Under the pieces are notes generated by a model that had not been told where the DNA came from, made no database searches, and saw nothing but the letters and a program-made list of their open reading frames with translations. Source: Octopus sinensis (lineage: Eukaryota). Taken from it: a stretch of 64,000 nt of DNA. Position 1 is the stretch's first letter; every line of letters begins with the position of its first letter. A program made the position numbers and the translations under genes. Below, one piece after another: positions 1 through 11,559 of the stretch. The stretch lies in NCBI RefSeq assembly GCF_006345805.1, contig NC_043003.1:2914001-2978000 (forward strand), in the 5' to 3' direction.

Positions 1-452
1 TACTTTACATCATTTCTTCTCATCACATCCCAAATCACTGCAGTTATTTTTCATGTCACTTATACATGAAACAAGTATTGTGTGCAAGACACTTATTTTT
101 AGTTGACAAAACCTGAAAACATTTGATATTTGGTGTCAAAATTTTCATCGCATCAACTGCAACCTGGTTCCACCGTTGATTATTTAAACACCAAATAATG
201 AATATTTAAGCAAAGTTGATAGTCTTTATGTCTTTTTGCTGTGTCTTCCACACAGCAATCATTTTAGTCTCAACCCATTGTCTCAGATCAATTCACTTGC
301 CTGGGCAACCACATGTCTAAAAATCTTATATGAATGCTCTCTGAGAAAGTTCAAATTCATTTTGTTAGCTAAGTCATTTCTGTATTCCTTTTGATTGCAT
401 CTTGTATTTTACCAATATCAAAATCATAATCTTTATTAATCTTATTTTACAG

Positions 453-563
453 ATGGTTTATCTGATGACGAAAGAGGAGACTTAAAGGAAGCAAAAGCTA
501 TGGCCGAAGCTCTTGGGCAGCATCCTAACATTCTCAGTTTTATAACTGATGCTGTAGCTAATG
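453..563 (+). CDS. RTK-like pseudokinase, coding exon (alphaC to beta4: DGLSDDERGDLKEAKAMAEALGQHPNILSFITDAVAN)
   Basis: ttttacag acceptor at 451-452, G|gtttgt donor at 564; 111 nt, phase 1/1; GQHPNIL matches tyrosine kinase subdomain IV; joins in frame to the next exon. Earlier exons lie upstream of the window. Confidence 0.9.
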
Positions 564-613
564 GTTTGTAATTCTTGTTTATTTTATTTTCAGATATTTT
601 AAAATTATCTATA

Positions 614-860
614 TTTAAGAGATGAGGAATTATGTACATTATTTACATTATTTACATTCGACGGATATTTGTCCTCATCTTGTTTGTTGTTAACATGTTT
701 CGGCTGATATACCTTCCATTCTTCATCAGGTGTCTTGGGGAAATTTTGAACCTAGGTTCTCATTCCTAAGGTATTTGTTGTTGTTGTTGTTGCTGTTGCT
801 GTCATTGTTGTTATTATTATTATTCAGGCCACTGCCTGGAATCGAACTTGGAATCTTGGG
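614..860 (-). mobile_element. tRNA-head SINE with hammerhead-bearing tail (family C), head-truncated copy
   Basis: Reverse complement of the 864-1095 copy; minus strand reads AAGACAC-CTGATGA-AGAATGGAAGGTATATCAGCC-GAAAC (damaged). Confidence 0.75.
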
Positions 861-863
861 GAA

Positions 864-1095
864 TATGGCATAGTGGTTAAGAGCGCGGGCTACTAACCCT
901 AAGATTCCAAGTTCAATTCCGGGCAGTGACCTGAATAATAATAATAATAATATCGCAAAATACTTTAGGAATGAAAACCCAGGTTTGAAACTTTCCCAAG
1001 ACAGCTGATGATGGCTGGAGGGTATATCAGCTGAAATGTTGTGTTAATAACAAACAAGATGAGGACAAATATCTGTCAAATGTAAATAACGTAAA
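864..1095 (+). mobile_element. tRNA-head SINE with hammerhead-bearing tail (family C)
   Basis: A box TGGCATAGTGG 866-876, B box GTTCAATTC 911-919, (AAT)n linker, then GACAG-CTGATGA-TGGCTGGAGGGTATATCAGCT-GAAATGTT-GTGTT at 1000-1045. Confidence 0.8.
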
Positions 1096-2051
1096 TTTTA
1101 GACTTAATTTCTGTTGTGTCTGGGGAGAGTCATTCTCTTTTGGTGCCTTATAATTGGTAAAATTTCCACTCATTTCCTTCTTTATTTTTCTAAAATTTTC
1201 GTTGCATCTCACAACCTATTCATTAGTTCTAAGCAGGGACAAACACAAGCACAACGAATCATGCACATTGAGATAATATGATATATATAAAATGAATAGA
1301 TATACAAGAAACAGGTTTCAGAATTTCTATAAACATGATATATTTTATCAATTCATATCATTCTCAGAACCTTTTAAAATGAAGACATTTTTTTTACATG
1401 ATTTTCATGGCTTAGTTGGCAGAGTGGGGTAATGTAATGCCTGTGACCCTTTTTAAGGCCTCCAACACTGAGGAGAAAAAGTGGGGACATTATATTCATG
1501 CCAGATCTCTAGACCCTAAATACTTACTACAAAGAGAATTCAGAAAAGGTATCTAAGGGACACCTAGTGTTTTTAAGCTGGGGGATTAATTTGTGTCCAC
1601 CAGTAGTTAAAAACAGAAAATTAGTTGTGAATTTAATTTTTTAAAACTTATTTTTTAATTAGTAAATATTCGTGTGGTTAAGAAGCTTCCTTTGTAGCGT
1701 CACAGTTTTGGGTCCAGTCCCACTGGGCAAGTGTCTCCCACTTTAGCCCTGGCCAGACTAATACCTTGTGAGTGAATTTGGGAGATGGAAACTGTGTAGA
1801 AGCCCACTGTATATTATATTATTTCAATGTGCATGTATCTTTGTGCTTGTTTGTCCCTGCTTTGGCAACTGGTGGTTTGTTTACATCCCCGTAACTTAGC
1901 AGTTTAACAAAAGAGACCAATGAAATAAGTACCAGAGTTTTAAAAAAATAAGTACTGGGGTCAATCTGTTTGACTAAAACACTTCAAGGAAGTGCCCCAG
2001 TATGGCCACAGTCGAATGACTGAAACAAGTAAAAAATAAAAAATAATAAAC

Positions 2052-2938
2052 ACAAGGTCAGATTAATAAGTATTTGGACTGTTGCCATAGTAACAAAGCT
2101 AAAGCACACAGAATGAAGCCGCTTGACGAAGATTGACCTTGAACTCTGCTGTGCATGTGTACTAAGTTTTAACGTTCTACCTCACTTCTGTTGTATACAG
2201 CAGTGCTTGGAAGGAAAGTGTGATCATCGCATTGACCATGACAGAGAAAGTTGACATGGCAATACCAGCTCAGAGGCCTAAGTAAAGTTGCAGAAAGTGT
2301 ATGGAGAGCGGTGTATGAGCAGCACACAAGTGTGCGAGTGGTTCAGATGTTCCCAGGATGGCTGCAAAAATGTCGATATTGACAAACGTTCTGGGAGACC
2401 CGCAACCAGCAGAACTGAGAAAAACATCGCAGAAGTGCGACCAACTGTGAGGGGAAATCGTTGAATCACCATCCGTGAGTTATCAGAGGCTGTGCAGATT
2501 AGTTGTGGTTCAGTTCAGTCCATTATCCCTAAAGATTTGGGTATGAGATATGTGTCTGCCAAGTTTGTGCCAAAACTGCTTTCAACTGACCAAGAAGACA
2601 CTTGGGTTTCAGTTGCACAAGATTTCCTTGATTGTGTCGAGAACAAAGAAAGCTTTTTGAAAACTTTGCATAAGGCCTCTGAGCAGGTATCATCAAGCTT
2701 TTGGCAAAATTCAATGCAGGTTCTCTGCTCAACTTTATCATGATCAATGCAATGAACACACGCTACACACCTTCCTTCCAAGCACTGCTGTAAACAGCAG
2801 AAATGAGCCAGAACATTAAAACTTTGTGTGCATGCACAGCAGAGTTCAAGGTCAATCTTTGTCGAGCGGCTTCACTTTGCTTGCTTTAGCTTCGTTACTA
2901 TGGCAACAGTCCAGATACTTATTCATCAGACCACATAC
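2052..2938. mobile_element. mariner-derived foldback element (two inverted 5' ends with N-terminal transposase remnants)
   Basis: Inverted arms of about 240 bp; EQRTCIEFCQKL and KRSGRP...RELSEAVQISCGSVQSII.KDLGMRYVSAKFVPKLL HTH remnants. Confidence 0.85.
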
Positions 2939-3933
2939 ACTTACTTAAGGTGCATAATTTCCTGTTATTAAATCAATTATCTTATTAATTTTACATCCAG
3001 TCTTGATATGAAAGTTATCAAAATATCAATTACATTGACCCCAGTATCTGACTGGTACTTACTTTATCAACCCTGAAAGGATGAAAAGCAAAGTCAACCT
3101 CAGCAGAATTTGAACTCAGAATGTAGTGACAAGCAAAATACCTATTTCTTTATTACCCACAAGGGGCTAAACATAGAGGGGACAAACATGGACAGACATA
3201 GGTATTAAGTCGATTATATCGACCCCAGTGCTTAACTGGTACTTAATTTATCGACTCCGAAAGGATGAATGCAAAGTCGACCTCGGCGGAATTTGAACTC
3301 ACAACGTAACGGCAGCCGAAATACCGCTAAGCATTTCGCCCGACGTGCTAACGATTCTGCCAGCTCGCCGACAAGCAAAATACCACTAAGCATTTCTCCC
3401 AGCATGCTAATGACTCAACCTTCATAGTAGTAGTAGTAGTAGTAGTAGTAGTAGCAATCATCATCATCATCATCATTTAACGTCTGCTTTCCATGCTGGT
3501 ATGTGTTGGACGATTTGACTGACAACCGGCAAGCGGGAAGCTGCACTGAGCTTGAATCTGATTTGGCAAGATTTCTACAGCTGGATGCCCTTCCTAATGC
3601 CAACCACTCCAAGAGTATAGGGGTGCTTTTTTACGTGCCACTGGCATGGGTGCCTGTCAGGTGGTACTGGCATCGGCCACATTCCAACAGTGCTTTTTAT
3701 ACATCACCGGCACGGGTGCCAGTCAGGCAGCACTGGCATGGGCCACACACCAATGGTGCTTTCTATGTGCTACCAGCACAGGTGCCAGTGTGCTGATACT
3801 GGCATCGGCCACATACCAATGGTGCCTTTGCATGTGCCACCAGCACAGGTGCCAGTCAGGTGGCATTGGCATCGGCCACACTCGAATAGCAATCATGATG
3901 ATGATGATGATGGTGATTACAATAATAATGATG

Positions 3934-3978
<45 letters not shown>

Positions 3979-3989
3979 GTAATAGTACT

Positions 3990-4410
3990 CTCTTTACTCT
4001 TTTCTTTTACTCTTTTACTTGTTTCAGTCATTTGACTGCTGCCATGCTGGAGCACCACCTTTAATCGAGCAACTCGACCCGGGACTTATTCTTTGTAAGC
4101 CCAGTACTTATTCTATCGGTCTCTTTTGCCGAACCGTTAAGTGACGGGGACGTAAACACACCAGCATCGGTTGTCAAGCAATACTAGGGGGACAAACACA
4201 GACACACAAACACACACGCACATATATATATATATATACATATATACGACGGGCTTCTTTCAGTTTCCGTCTACCAAATCCACTCACAAGGCTTTGGCCG
4301 GCCCAAGGCTATAGTAGAAGACACTTGCCCAAGGTGCCACGCAGTGGGACTGAACCCGGAACCATGTGGTTGGTAAGCAAGCTACTTACCACACAGCCAC
4401 TCCTGCGCCT
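3990..4410 (-). mobile_element. tRNA-derived SINE family A (aggcgcaggagtggctgtgtggtaag...)
   Basis: Full copy; other copies at 1668-2050, 16495-16888, 34608-34992, 46279-46645, 49815-49980, 50411-50780, 56760-57130. Confidence 0.85.
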
Positions 4411-4573
4411 AGTAGATATGTAGTAGATATGGAAAAGTTTTCTTTGTATATATCCTGTTAATGCTGCACGTATGACGTTTATTTTACATGTAATCACTTT
4501 TATTCATTATCTATTGCTACTGTTTAAAATTCACAACTTGTTTATGCATTGTACCATTCCTAATATTTATCAG

Positions 4574-4746
4574 ACCGGCATTACATTGCCCTGGATTATG
4601 CTGAAAGTGGAGATTTAAGATCTTACTTGTTAAAGATGCGTAAAGGAACAGACAAAGAGCCCAACGTTTTGGTTTTCTTCCAAGTGAAGTTGCTATATAT
4701 TGCCGCTGAAATTGCCTGTGGCTTGCTATATCTTTCTAATCATCAG
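4574..4746 (+). CDS. RTK-like pseudokinase, coding exon (DRHYIALDYAESGDLRSYLLKMR...LLYIAAEIACGLLYLSNHQ)
   Basis: tttatcag acceptor, CAG|gtattt donor; 173 nt, phase 1/0; hinge and alphaE pattern typical of RTKs (EYAxxGxLRxYL; xAxQIAxGMxYL). Confidence 0.92.
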
Positions 4747-5502
4747 GTATTTAATAAATTTATTGTTTGCATCCGTTTTTTGATACTAACATGTTCTTTA
4801 GTTAGTTTGGAATATTATAGATATTATCATGTGTTATCATTTAATGCCCGTTTTCTATGCTGGCATGGGTTGGATGATTTGACAGGAGTTGGCAAGTCAA
4901 AGGACTGCTCCAAGCTCCAATGTCTGTTTCAGTGTGGTTTCTTCAGCTAGATGCCCTTCCTAATGCCCACCACTGCACAGTGGGTTTTGGGTACCTTGGA
5001 TTTGTTAAAATACTTCCACAAATTCACATGTTTTTGTTGTCTTCTTTCTTTTGTTATTACTGTTTGTTTTTCCCTACTTTTCAATATCTAAACTTTTAGA
5101 ACTAATGGAATTTGACCAAACTGATTTGCTTCAGGGAGATATGACCCAGTAAATATTGCCATCTCAGTAATCACTCTAATTCATATATAAAAAGAAATAG
5201 AATGGTCATTCTTTTGATCACTGAAAATTTGTAGCTTGCTTCTGCATTGTTGAATGAGAAAATGTAATTTTCTAGCAGTAAAATCACCGCCACAGAATTC
5301 TCCCAAAATATCATAAGATATTAGGATTGGTAATCTATTATCTTTGAGATAATTGATATGGATAGTTTCTGCAGAGAAATATAATTAAGAAGTTTATTGA
5401 GAGCTGAAAGCTGCAGCCATTGATTGTCTTCATATTGACCAATAATACCATAGCTAATAGTTAGGTTTAAATGACCAATTATTGACAGGGACTGGTGTAG
5501 CC

Positions 5503-6055
5503 TTAACCCTTTCACATTCCAGTAACTATGTCAAATAGAGTGTTTATCTATCCATATTGTTTTGAATTAATTGTGCATCATCTCGTAGCTTCATGATTTC
5601 AATTATGTTGTAAAGAGGTCTTTTTGCCACTGTTGTATCTGTCTTTTGGCGACGGTTGTCACTCTGACAGATATTGTTATATTCCAAAGTCAGAATGCTT
5701 CTATCTGGCACTGTATGACCCCCAATCATACAGTGATATTATCCTCAAAAGGTTGGATCGTTATAATGTCCATTCAGTATCACAGTATAATTACTATATC
5801 AGCACAGACACGACTATCAACACAGTCTACACATACTCTCGACATTCTGACCTTCTGCTGTGAACTGGCTACTGGTTTATTTATAATGGCTGGTTACTAC
5901 CAATTTTTACTGGGAGGGGTATACACTATACAATAAATTATGTAGCTCTTTAGTTATAGAATGACATTGTAGGGTAGGTGGGAAACATTGGATCCAGCTG
6001 GTTTGAACATAAAACTGGTAGAAAATCTTGGCCAGTCTAAACAGGAAAGGGTTAA
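5503..6055. mobile_element. non-autonomous piggyBac-type element
   Basis: TTAA at both ends with CCCTTTC/GAAAGGG terminal inverted repeats. Confidence 0.75.
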
Positions 6056-6737
6056 GGAGAGATTCCAAGGCTTTTTTAATATCTCAGTAGATGCTGCTGG
6101 GTATCTTGCCATAGTGCAGTGCACAGTCTGTCCCTGTAACAATGTGTGACAAAGATTATGCTGTAAATAATCGACAGCAAAGTAATTACGTTGAAGAAGA
6201 ACCACTTTGTCAATATATTTTACATCCAGCATAAGAGACACCATGTTGCTATTGAACCAGTTGTAATTATATTCAGGTCAATTCTTGCTGCTTCCATAAT
6301 ACAAATCAATGTTAGCCCAAGTTTTCTCTGAACTTCTTGAACAAATGCCTCTAATCAGAGACAGTTACTGATAAGAACTGTCTTGAGACCATGTTTATAA
6401 GCCCAGATGTATATCTTATGTAGAATACAGGGGTTGCAAGCACTGTCAACTGACCCCAGTGTGTTTACTCCTATTTGTCTACGATGAGAAATTTTATCTG
6501 TGACAAAATACGGTGGATGGCTATGTTGTGGATGGTTCAGATATGTCTCAAGAATATCTTGAACTGGTAACAAGTTTCTATCTTCTGTAAAGTATTTGAA
6601 AATTAGCAAGAAACAATAGCAAGACCATGGTTTTGGGTGGGATTCTTTGATGATTGACCACAAAATCAATACTATTGATTGCCATGCATCAGGATCTCAG
6701 CAGTTTAGGATCTTACGAGGAATATTACAACCATAAC

Positions 6738-6895
6738 AGGACAATTCCCCCCAACAACAACTACCCACTAGGACAATTACCCACTCTTTGTTAATTACCC
6801 CCTCTTCAATATATCAAGAAGTTTTAAATCACCATCTGTTGTCCTCAGGGGTAATTGTCCTTGGTGGGTTATTGTCCATTCGGGGTAAATGTCCT
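6738..6895. mobile_element. small foldback/MITE with subterminal GGACAATT(A/C)CCC repeats
   Basis: Direct copies of the motif on the left, inverted copies (ggggtaattgtcc) on the right. Confidence 0.5.
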
Positions 6896-7049
6896 AGACT
6901 CATTCCAGCATGCCAGAGGTTTGAGATATTGTTCACATCTTCCCAACTGACTCAGTAGCCACAGCCATTGAGCACAGTCATTTCTGTGTGTGTTTGTGAT
7001 GTTACTCTCCTCTGAATTTCATATTCATGCTAAGTATTTTCATTTCCAG

Positions 7050-7148
7050 ACAATCCATGGCAATTTATGTGCACAGAACATATACCTTGATGAGATATTA
7101 CGTGCCAAAATTGGAGGTTTTGGTTTCACAAAACCAGCCGTAATGAAG
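7050..7148 (+). CDS. RTK-like pseudokinase, catalytic-loop exon (TIHGNLCAQNIYLDEILRAKIGGFGFTKPAVMK)
   Basis: catttccag acceptor, AAG|gtatgt donor; 99 nt, phase 0/0; aligns to IHRDLAARNILV...KIADFG with HRD changed to HGN and DFG to GFG. Confidence 0.93.
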
Positions 7149-7400
7149 GTATGTATATATTATTTGCTGTAATGTTCCCTATAATTAACAACTAATAATA
7201 TACTGGTATATCTTTTTTTCTGCCTCTGATGATATTCTGCTTTATGAAATGATTTAATTAATAAAATTATAATTTTTAAAGTATGAATCGTAACAGCTGT
7301 TAGATATTATGTTTATTTTTTCAGTGAATAAATATACTTATTAATTGATGTTTCTCCATTTTCTTATTTTCTTAAATCAGTATAAACCTTGGTTTATCTA

Positions 7401-8606
7401 TTAGGTTGTCAAGAAAGTTCTTGCCGATCTTAACCTTTAAATTCAGATGCACGTATCTCGGCTCAAACAAAACTTTATTAAACGAAATAAACACCATCAG
7501 AATCAACACACTTTTACCAACGCGACACAAGTCTATTTATGCCAGTAGCGTAAAAATCCTGCGTTCTGGTGGTGATGAAGTCATTGAAGGCGTGTTTGGC
7601 ATCATCTTGGTTTTTTAAGCATTTCTCAGGCAGGAAGTTGTAGTCGGTAGGCGAGAGGTCTGGTGAGTTTGGCAGATGAGGCAGAGTTTCGGAGCCCAAT
7701 TCGTTGAACTTCTGCATGGTCAGTTGTGCGGCCGAGCGTTGTCATAGAGAAGAATTGGTTCTTTTCTATTGACCAATGCTGGCTATTATTGTCAGGGTTT
7801 CTTATGCATTTCATCCATTTGCTGACAGTACTTCAGCGTAAAGGTTTCACCTGGATCCAAAAAGTCACCATGACCTTGTTTTGGTGCAACTTTGGCTTTG
7901 AGAAGTGCTGTAGAGTTTCGTTGGCATCCAACCACTGAGCATTGCTGGTTGTTGTAAAGAATTCAGTTTTCATCACAAGTCACAATCTGGTTGAGAAACA
8001 GGTCATTCTTGTTGCAAAAAAGGGAAGACGACACTTCAAAATGGCGTCTTTTTGGTTGTCATTCAATTCATGCAGCACCCATTTCTCAAGTATTTTTGTT
8101 TTTCCAATCTCTTTCAAGTGGTTGGAAATTGTTGTATACGTTACGTCTAATTCAGAAGCAAGCTCTCGAACCGTTGTGCATGCACTGGCTTCGACTAAGG
8201 CTCTTAGTTGATCGTTGTCGACATCCGATGGCCGACCACTACGCTTATAATCTTTAAGACTCGTCATCGTTATGAAATTTCTTGAACCACCATTGTGCTG
8301 TATGTTCATTAGTGGTTCCTGGGCCAAATGCATCGTTGATATTGTGAGCTGTTTCAGCAGCTTTTCGGCCTAGCTTGAACTGGAATAAGAAAATTGTGCG
8401 AATTTGCTTTTTGTCCATGTTGTATTCAACGTTCCGGAAAAATGGCCTAATTATTCAAAAAGAAAAAGAGTAACACGATTAGATAGAGCAAAAAATGGGC
8501 TTTAAAATTATATATAAAGTCAAAGTAATTTAACGAAAATTCATTTGAAAATACATAATTTAAAACCAAAATTAAAAATTCCGCAAGAACTTTCTTGACA
8601 ACTTAA
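7401..8606 (-). mobile_element. near full-length decayed mariner transposon
   Basis: TIRs ttaggttgtcaagaaagttcttgc / gcaagaactttcttgacaacttaa flanked by TA; frameshifted transposase with KRSGRP, WVLHEL, DNARPH and PNSPDLSPTDY motifs. Confidence 0.92.
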
Positions 8607-8838
8607 TAATTACCTATTATTCATGAGTATTATAATTAATATTCACAACAAATACTAGGTAATGGACAAGTATTTAGGCAGAATGGTATTGGAATCTTAT
8701 ATGTATACCATTCTGCCTAAATAATGGATATATAAATGCAATATCCCTGCATATCTCACATCTATTTTCATTCCTCCACTTCACTCTCTATTTCATATCT
8801 TATTTAAATTAACTATTGCTTAACCGTTTTCTCACATT

Positions 8839-8886
8839 GTCTCTGATGAAGGGATATATCAAATATCCTGGAAACAGCTGTAAGAC
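8839..8886 (+). ncRNA. minimal type I hammerhead ribozyme motif (ACAGCTGT family)
   Basis: GTCT / CTGATGA / A-GGGATA-TATCAAA-TATCCT-G / GAAAC-AGCT-GTA / AGAC; stem I GTCT:AGAC, palindromic stem III, GUA cleavage triplet, A.G mismatch at the stem II base. Confidence 0.7.
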
Positions 8887-9149
8887 CTTCTCTTTATAAA
8901 TGTTCTAAATTCTTAACAGCCTTGGTTTTTTTATCTCATTCTGAAAAAAATTTTATATATATATACATCATCATCATCATCATCATCATCGTTTAACGTC
9001 TGCTTTCCATGCTAGCATGGGTTGGACGATTTGATTGAGGGCTGGCGAACCAGATGGCTGCACCAGGCTCCAGTCTGATCTGGCAGTGTTTCTACAGCTG
9101 GATGTCCTTCCTAATGCCAACTACTCTGAGAGTGTAGTGGGTGCTTTTA

Positions 9150-9215
<66 letters not shown>

Positions 9216-9545
9216 CATATATATACATATATATATATATTGCTCTCTGAGTATATAGTGAATTCAAAAATTACTCTATCGAAAACATCGAGATAAGTAA
9301 GGAAATTTTTCCAATCATTTGATAATAATAATGTGTTTGTGTGTGTGTGTGTGTCCAAAAGAAAATAAACCATTGGTTTTGATATTTGAACTGAAAAATC
9401 CATAAATCATGAAATGAAAATATAAGAAAAATATGAGGAACATGGATTGTGGTTAGGAATTTATATTAATGGAAACTCCAGTTGGGAGAAACAGTTACGT
9501 GTTCCCTTACAAAATTATAATAGCATGTGTTTTATAGTATATATA

Positions 9546-9848
9546 TCACCGTGACCGACTAGGCTATCAGATGTTGTTACATATTGCTGGTCACAATGCG
9601 CTTCACATTGTTTTAGCCTTCAAATGACGCCACCCCGCTGGCTAAGCGAGCAGGCCAACAGAAGAAAGAGTGAGAGAAAGTTATGGCGAAAGAGTACAGC
9701 AGGGATCGCCACCACCCCCTGCTGGAGCCTCGTGGAGCTTTAGGTGTTTTCGCTCAATAAAAACTCACAACGCCCGGTCTGGGAATCGAAACCGTGATCC
9801 TACGACCGCGAGTCCGCTGCCCTAACCACTGGGCCATTGCGCCTCCAC
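9546..9848 (-). mobile_element. tRNA-derived SINE (family D)
   Basis: Same head and first 190 nt or so as 11741; its 3' part recurs at 50812-50925. Confidence 0.8.
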
Positions 9849-11129
9849 ATTATAATATATATACTGCTATATATATATATATACTTATTTGTCATTTGAA
9901 TCAGTGAATTGTATGGAATTAGTTTCTTGGTTTCTCCTGATTGTAATAGAAATTGAGTAATTGATTAACTCTGTTGAGTTTTCCTCAAAAAAATCTGGTC
10001 TCAATTTCCTTCTGTTTGGTGAACTGTGACGATGCAGAATGAAAAATGTTCTGCCAAGGAATCACTGGCACCAGGTTTGAACCGATAATCAGGAGACTTG
10101 TTACCTCATATAGACTGTCATTTTGAGCCATCGTCGTCTGCTGCTGCCACCCCCCACCACCATTTAATGTCCTTTTACCATTCTGGTATGTATTGGATGG
10201 TTTTTATAGAATCCAGTGAAGCACAGGACTGGATTGAGTTCCAGTGTCAGCCATGACATGGTTTCTGTGGTTGTATGCCCTTCCTAATGCCAACCTCTTT
10301 ACAATGTGTGAGTGTGTGGCTTTTTTGGGGGACGACCAGCACTACTGGGGTTGCTAAGTAAGTTGCAAGGCAGAAAAGGAAGAAGAAGAGTGGTTATGTG
10401 GGGTGGGAGGAGTATTTGAGAGTGGGGAGGTAGCTTTATGCCAGGTGTTGAGAGGTGTGGCAGAGGAGCAGGCACAGGGGTCTGGCCAGGGAGAAGATAC
10501 ATGACTGCCCCGCATTATACAAACTGGCACTTCATTGGTTACGACAATGAGTGCACCAGTGGGACAGCCTGCTCGTGAAATTAATGTGCAAGTGGCTGAG
10601 TACTCCACAGATATGTTGTATACCCTTATGTAGTTCTCAAGGAGTTTCAGCATGACACAGAATGTGACACAAAGCTGGCCCCCTTTCAATTACTGGTACA
10701 ACTCATTTTTGCCAGCCGAGTGGACTGTGGCAATAGCAATTTAAAGTGTCTAGCTCAATGACACAATATTCTTCCAGGAATTGAACTCATGACCTCACAG
10801 TCATGGGCCAAATACACTAACCATTAAGCCTTCACCCTGCATTACACCCTTAGGGTGGGAGTACTCGGGAAGAAGATACGAAGGTGGTGATGGGGTACCA
10901 GAGCAAAAACCTTGAGGAACAAGTTGGTGAATATCAGAGAGGGTCCAAACGGTGGACCCCCCACCTTCATTTTCCTTCTCTTTTCAGGTTAATGAGATTA
11001 TCTCCTGTTTATACTGGATTATCTGTTCAGATTAAATATTTTGAAAATTTGCATATTTTTTTTTATGCCTAAAAACAAAATGTTGATCTGGGAGAAATTG
11101 ATTTTCATTTATTGATTGTTTTGTTTCAG

Positions 11130-11194
11130 GACGAGTTCAAGTGGCAAGCGATTGAAACACTGAAGACGGGTTGGACAAGTACCATGAGTGATTT
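11130..11194 (+). CDS. RTK-like pseudokinase, coding exon (DEFKWQAIETLKTGWTSTMSDL)
   Basis: ttgtttcag acceptor, TT|gtaagt donor; 65 nt, phase 0/2; matches KWMA(P/I)ESL...TTxSDV. Confidence 0.92.
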
Positions 11195-11306
11195 GTAAGT
11201 GTGAACTTGTATAATATGTATATTTCTGAATCCCTTAATAGGTTAAAATTATTAAATAAAATGAGTTAGCAAATTTCATGTTGTATGAATCAACTTTGAC
11301 CTGCAG

Positions 11307-11493
11307 GACTCTCTGAATGACATGACTCTCTGAATGATATAAGTCTCTGAATGACATGACTCTCTGAGTAACATGACTCTCTGAATGATATGAGTCTCTG
11401 AATGACATGACTCTCTGAGTGACATGACATGATTCTCTGAGTAACATGACACTCTGAATGATATGACTCTCTAAATGACACGACTCTCTGAAC
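11307..11493. repeat. 17-bp minisatellite (GACTCTCTGAATGACAT), about 11 copies
   Basis: Direct reading. Confidence 0.9.
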
Positions 11494-11559
11494 ATTACTT
11501 GATTGCTTTAGTAGTGTGGCCTGCCAAATGTTGAGCCCTGTTTCATGCAGTCAGCTTCT

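Noticed and set aside
461-473. CTGATGA-C-GAAA inside the first kinase exon resembles a hammerhead core
   Set aside because: No room for stem II and no stem I/III complementarity; explained by the codons Ser-Asp-Asp-Glu.
6060-6720. Unique-looking intronic stretch with VDGY-like peptide as a transposon or viral fragment
   Set aside because: No second diagnostic motif and multiple stops.
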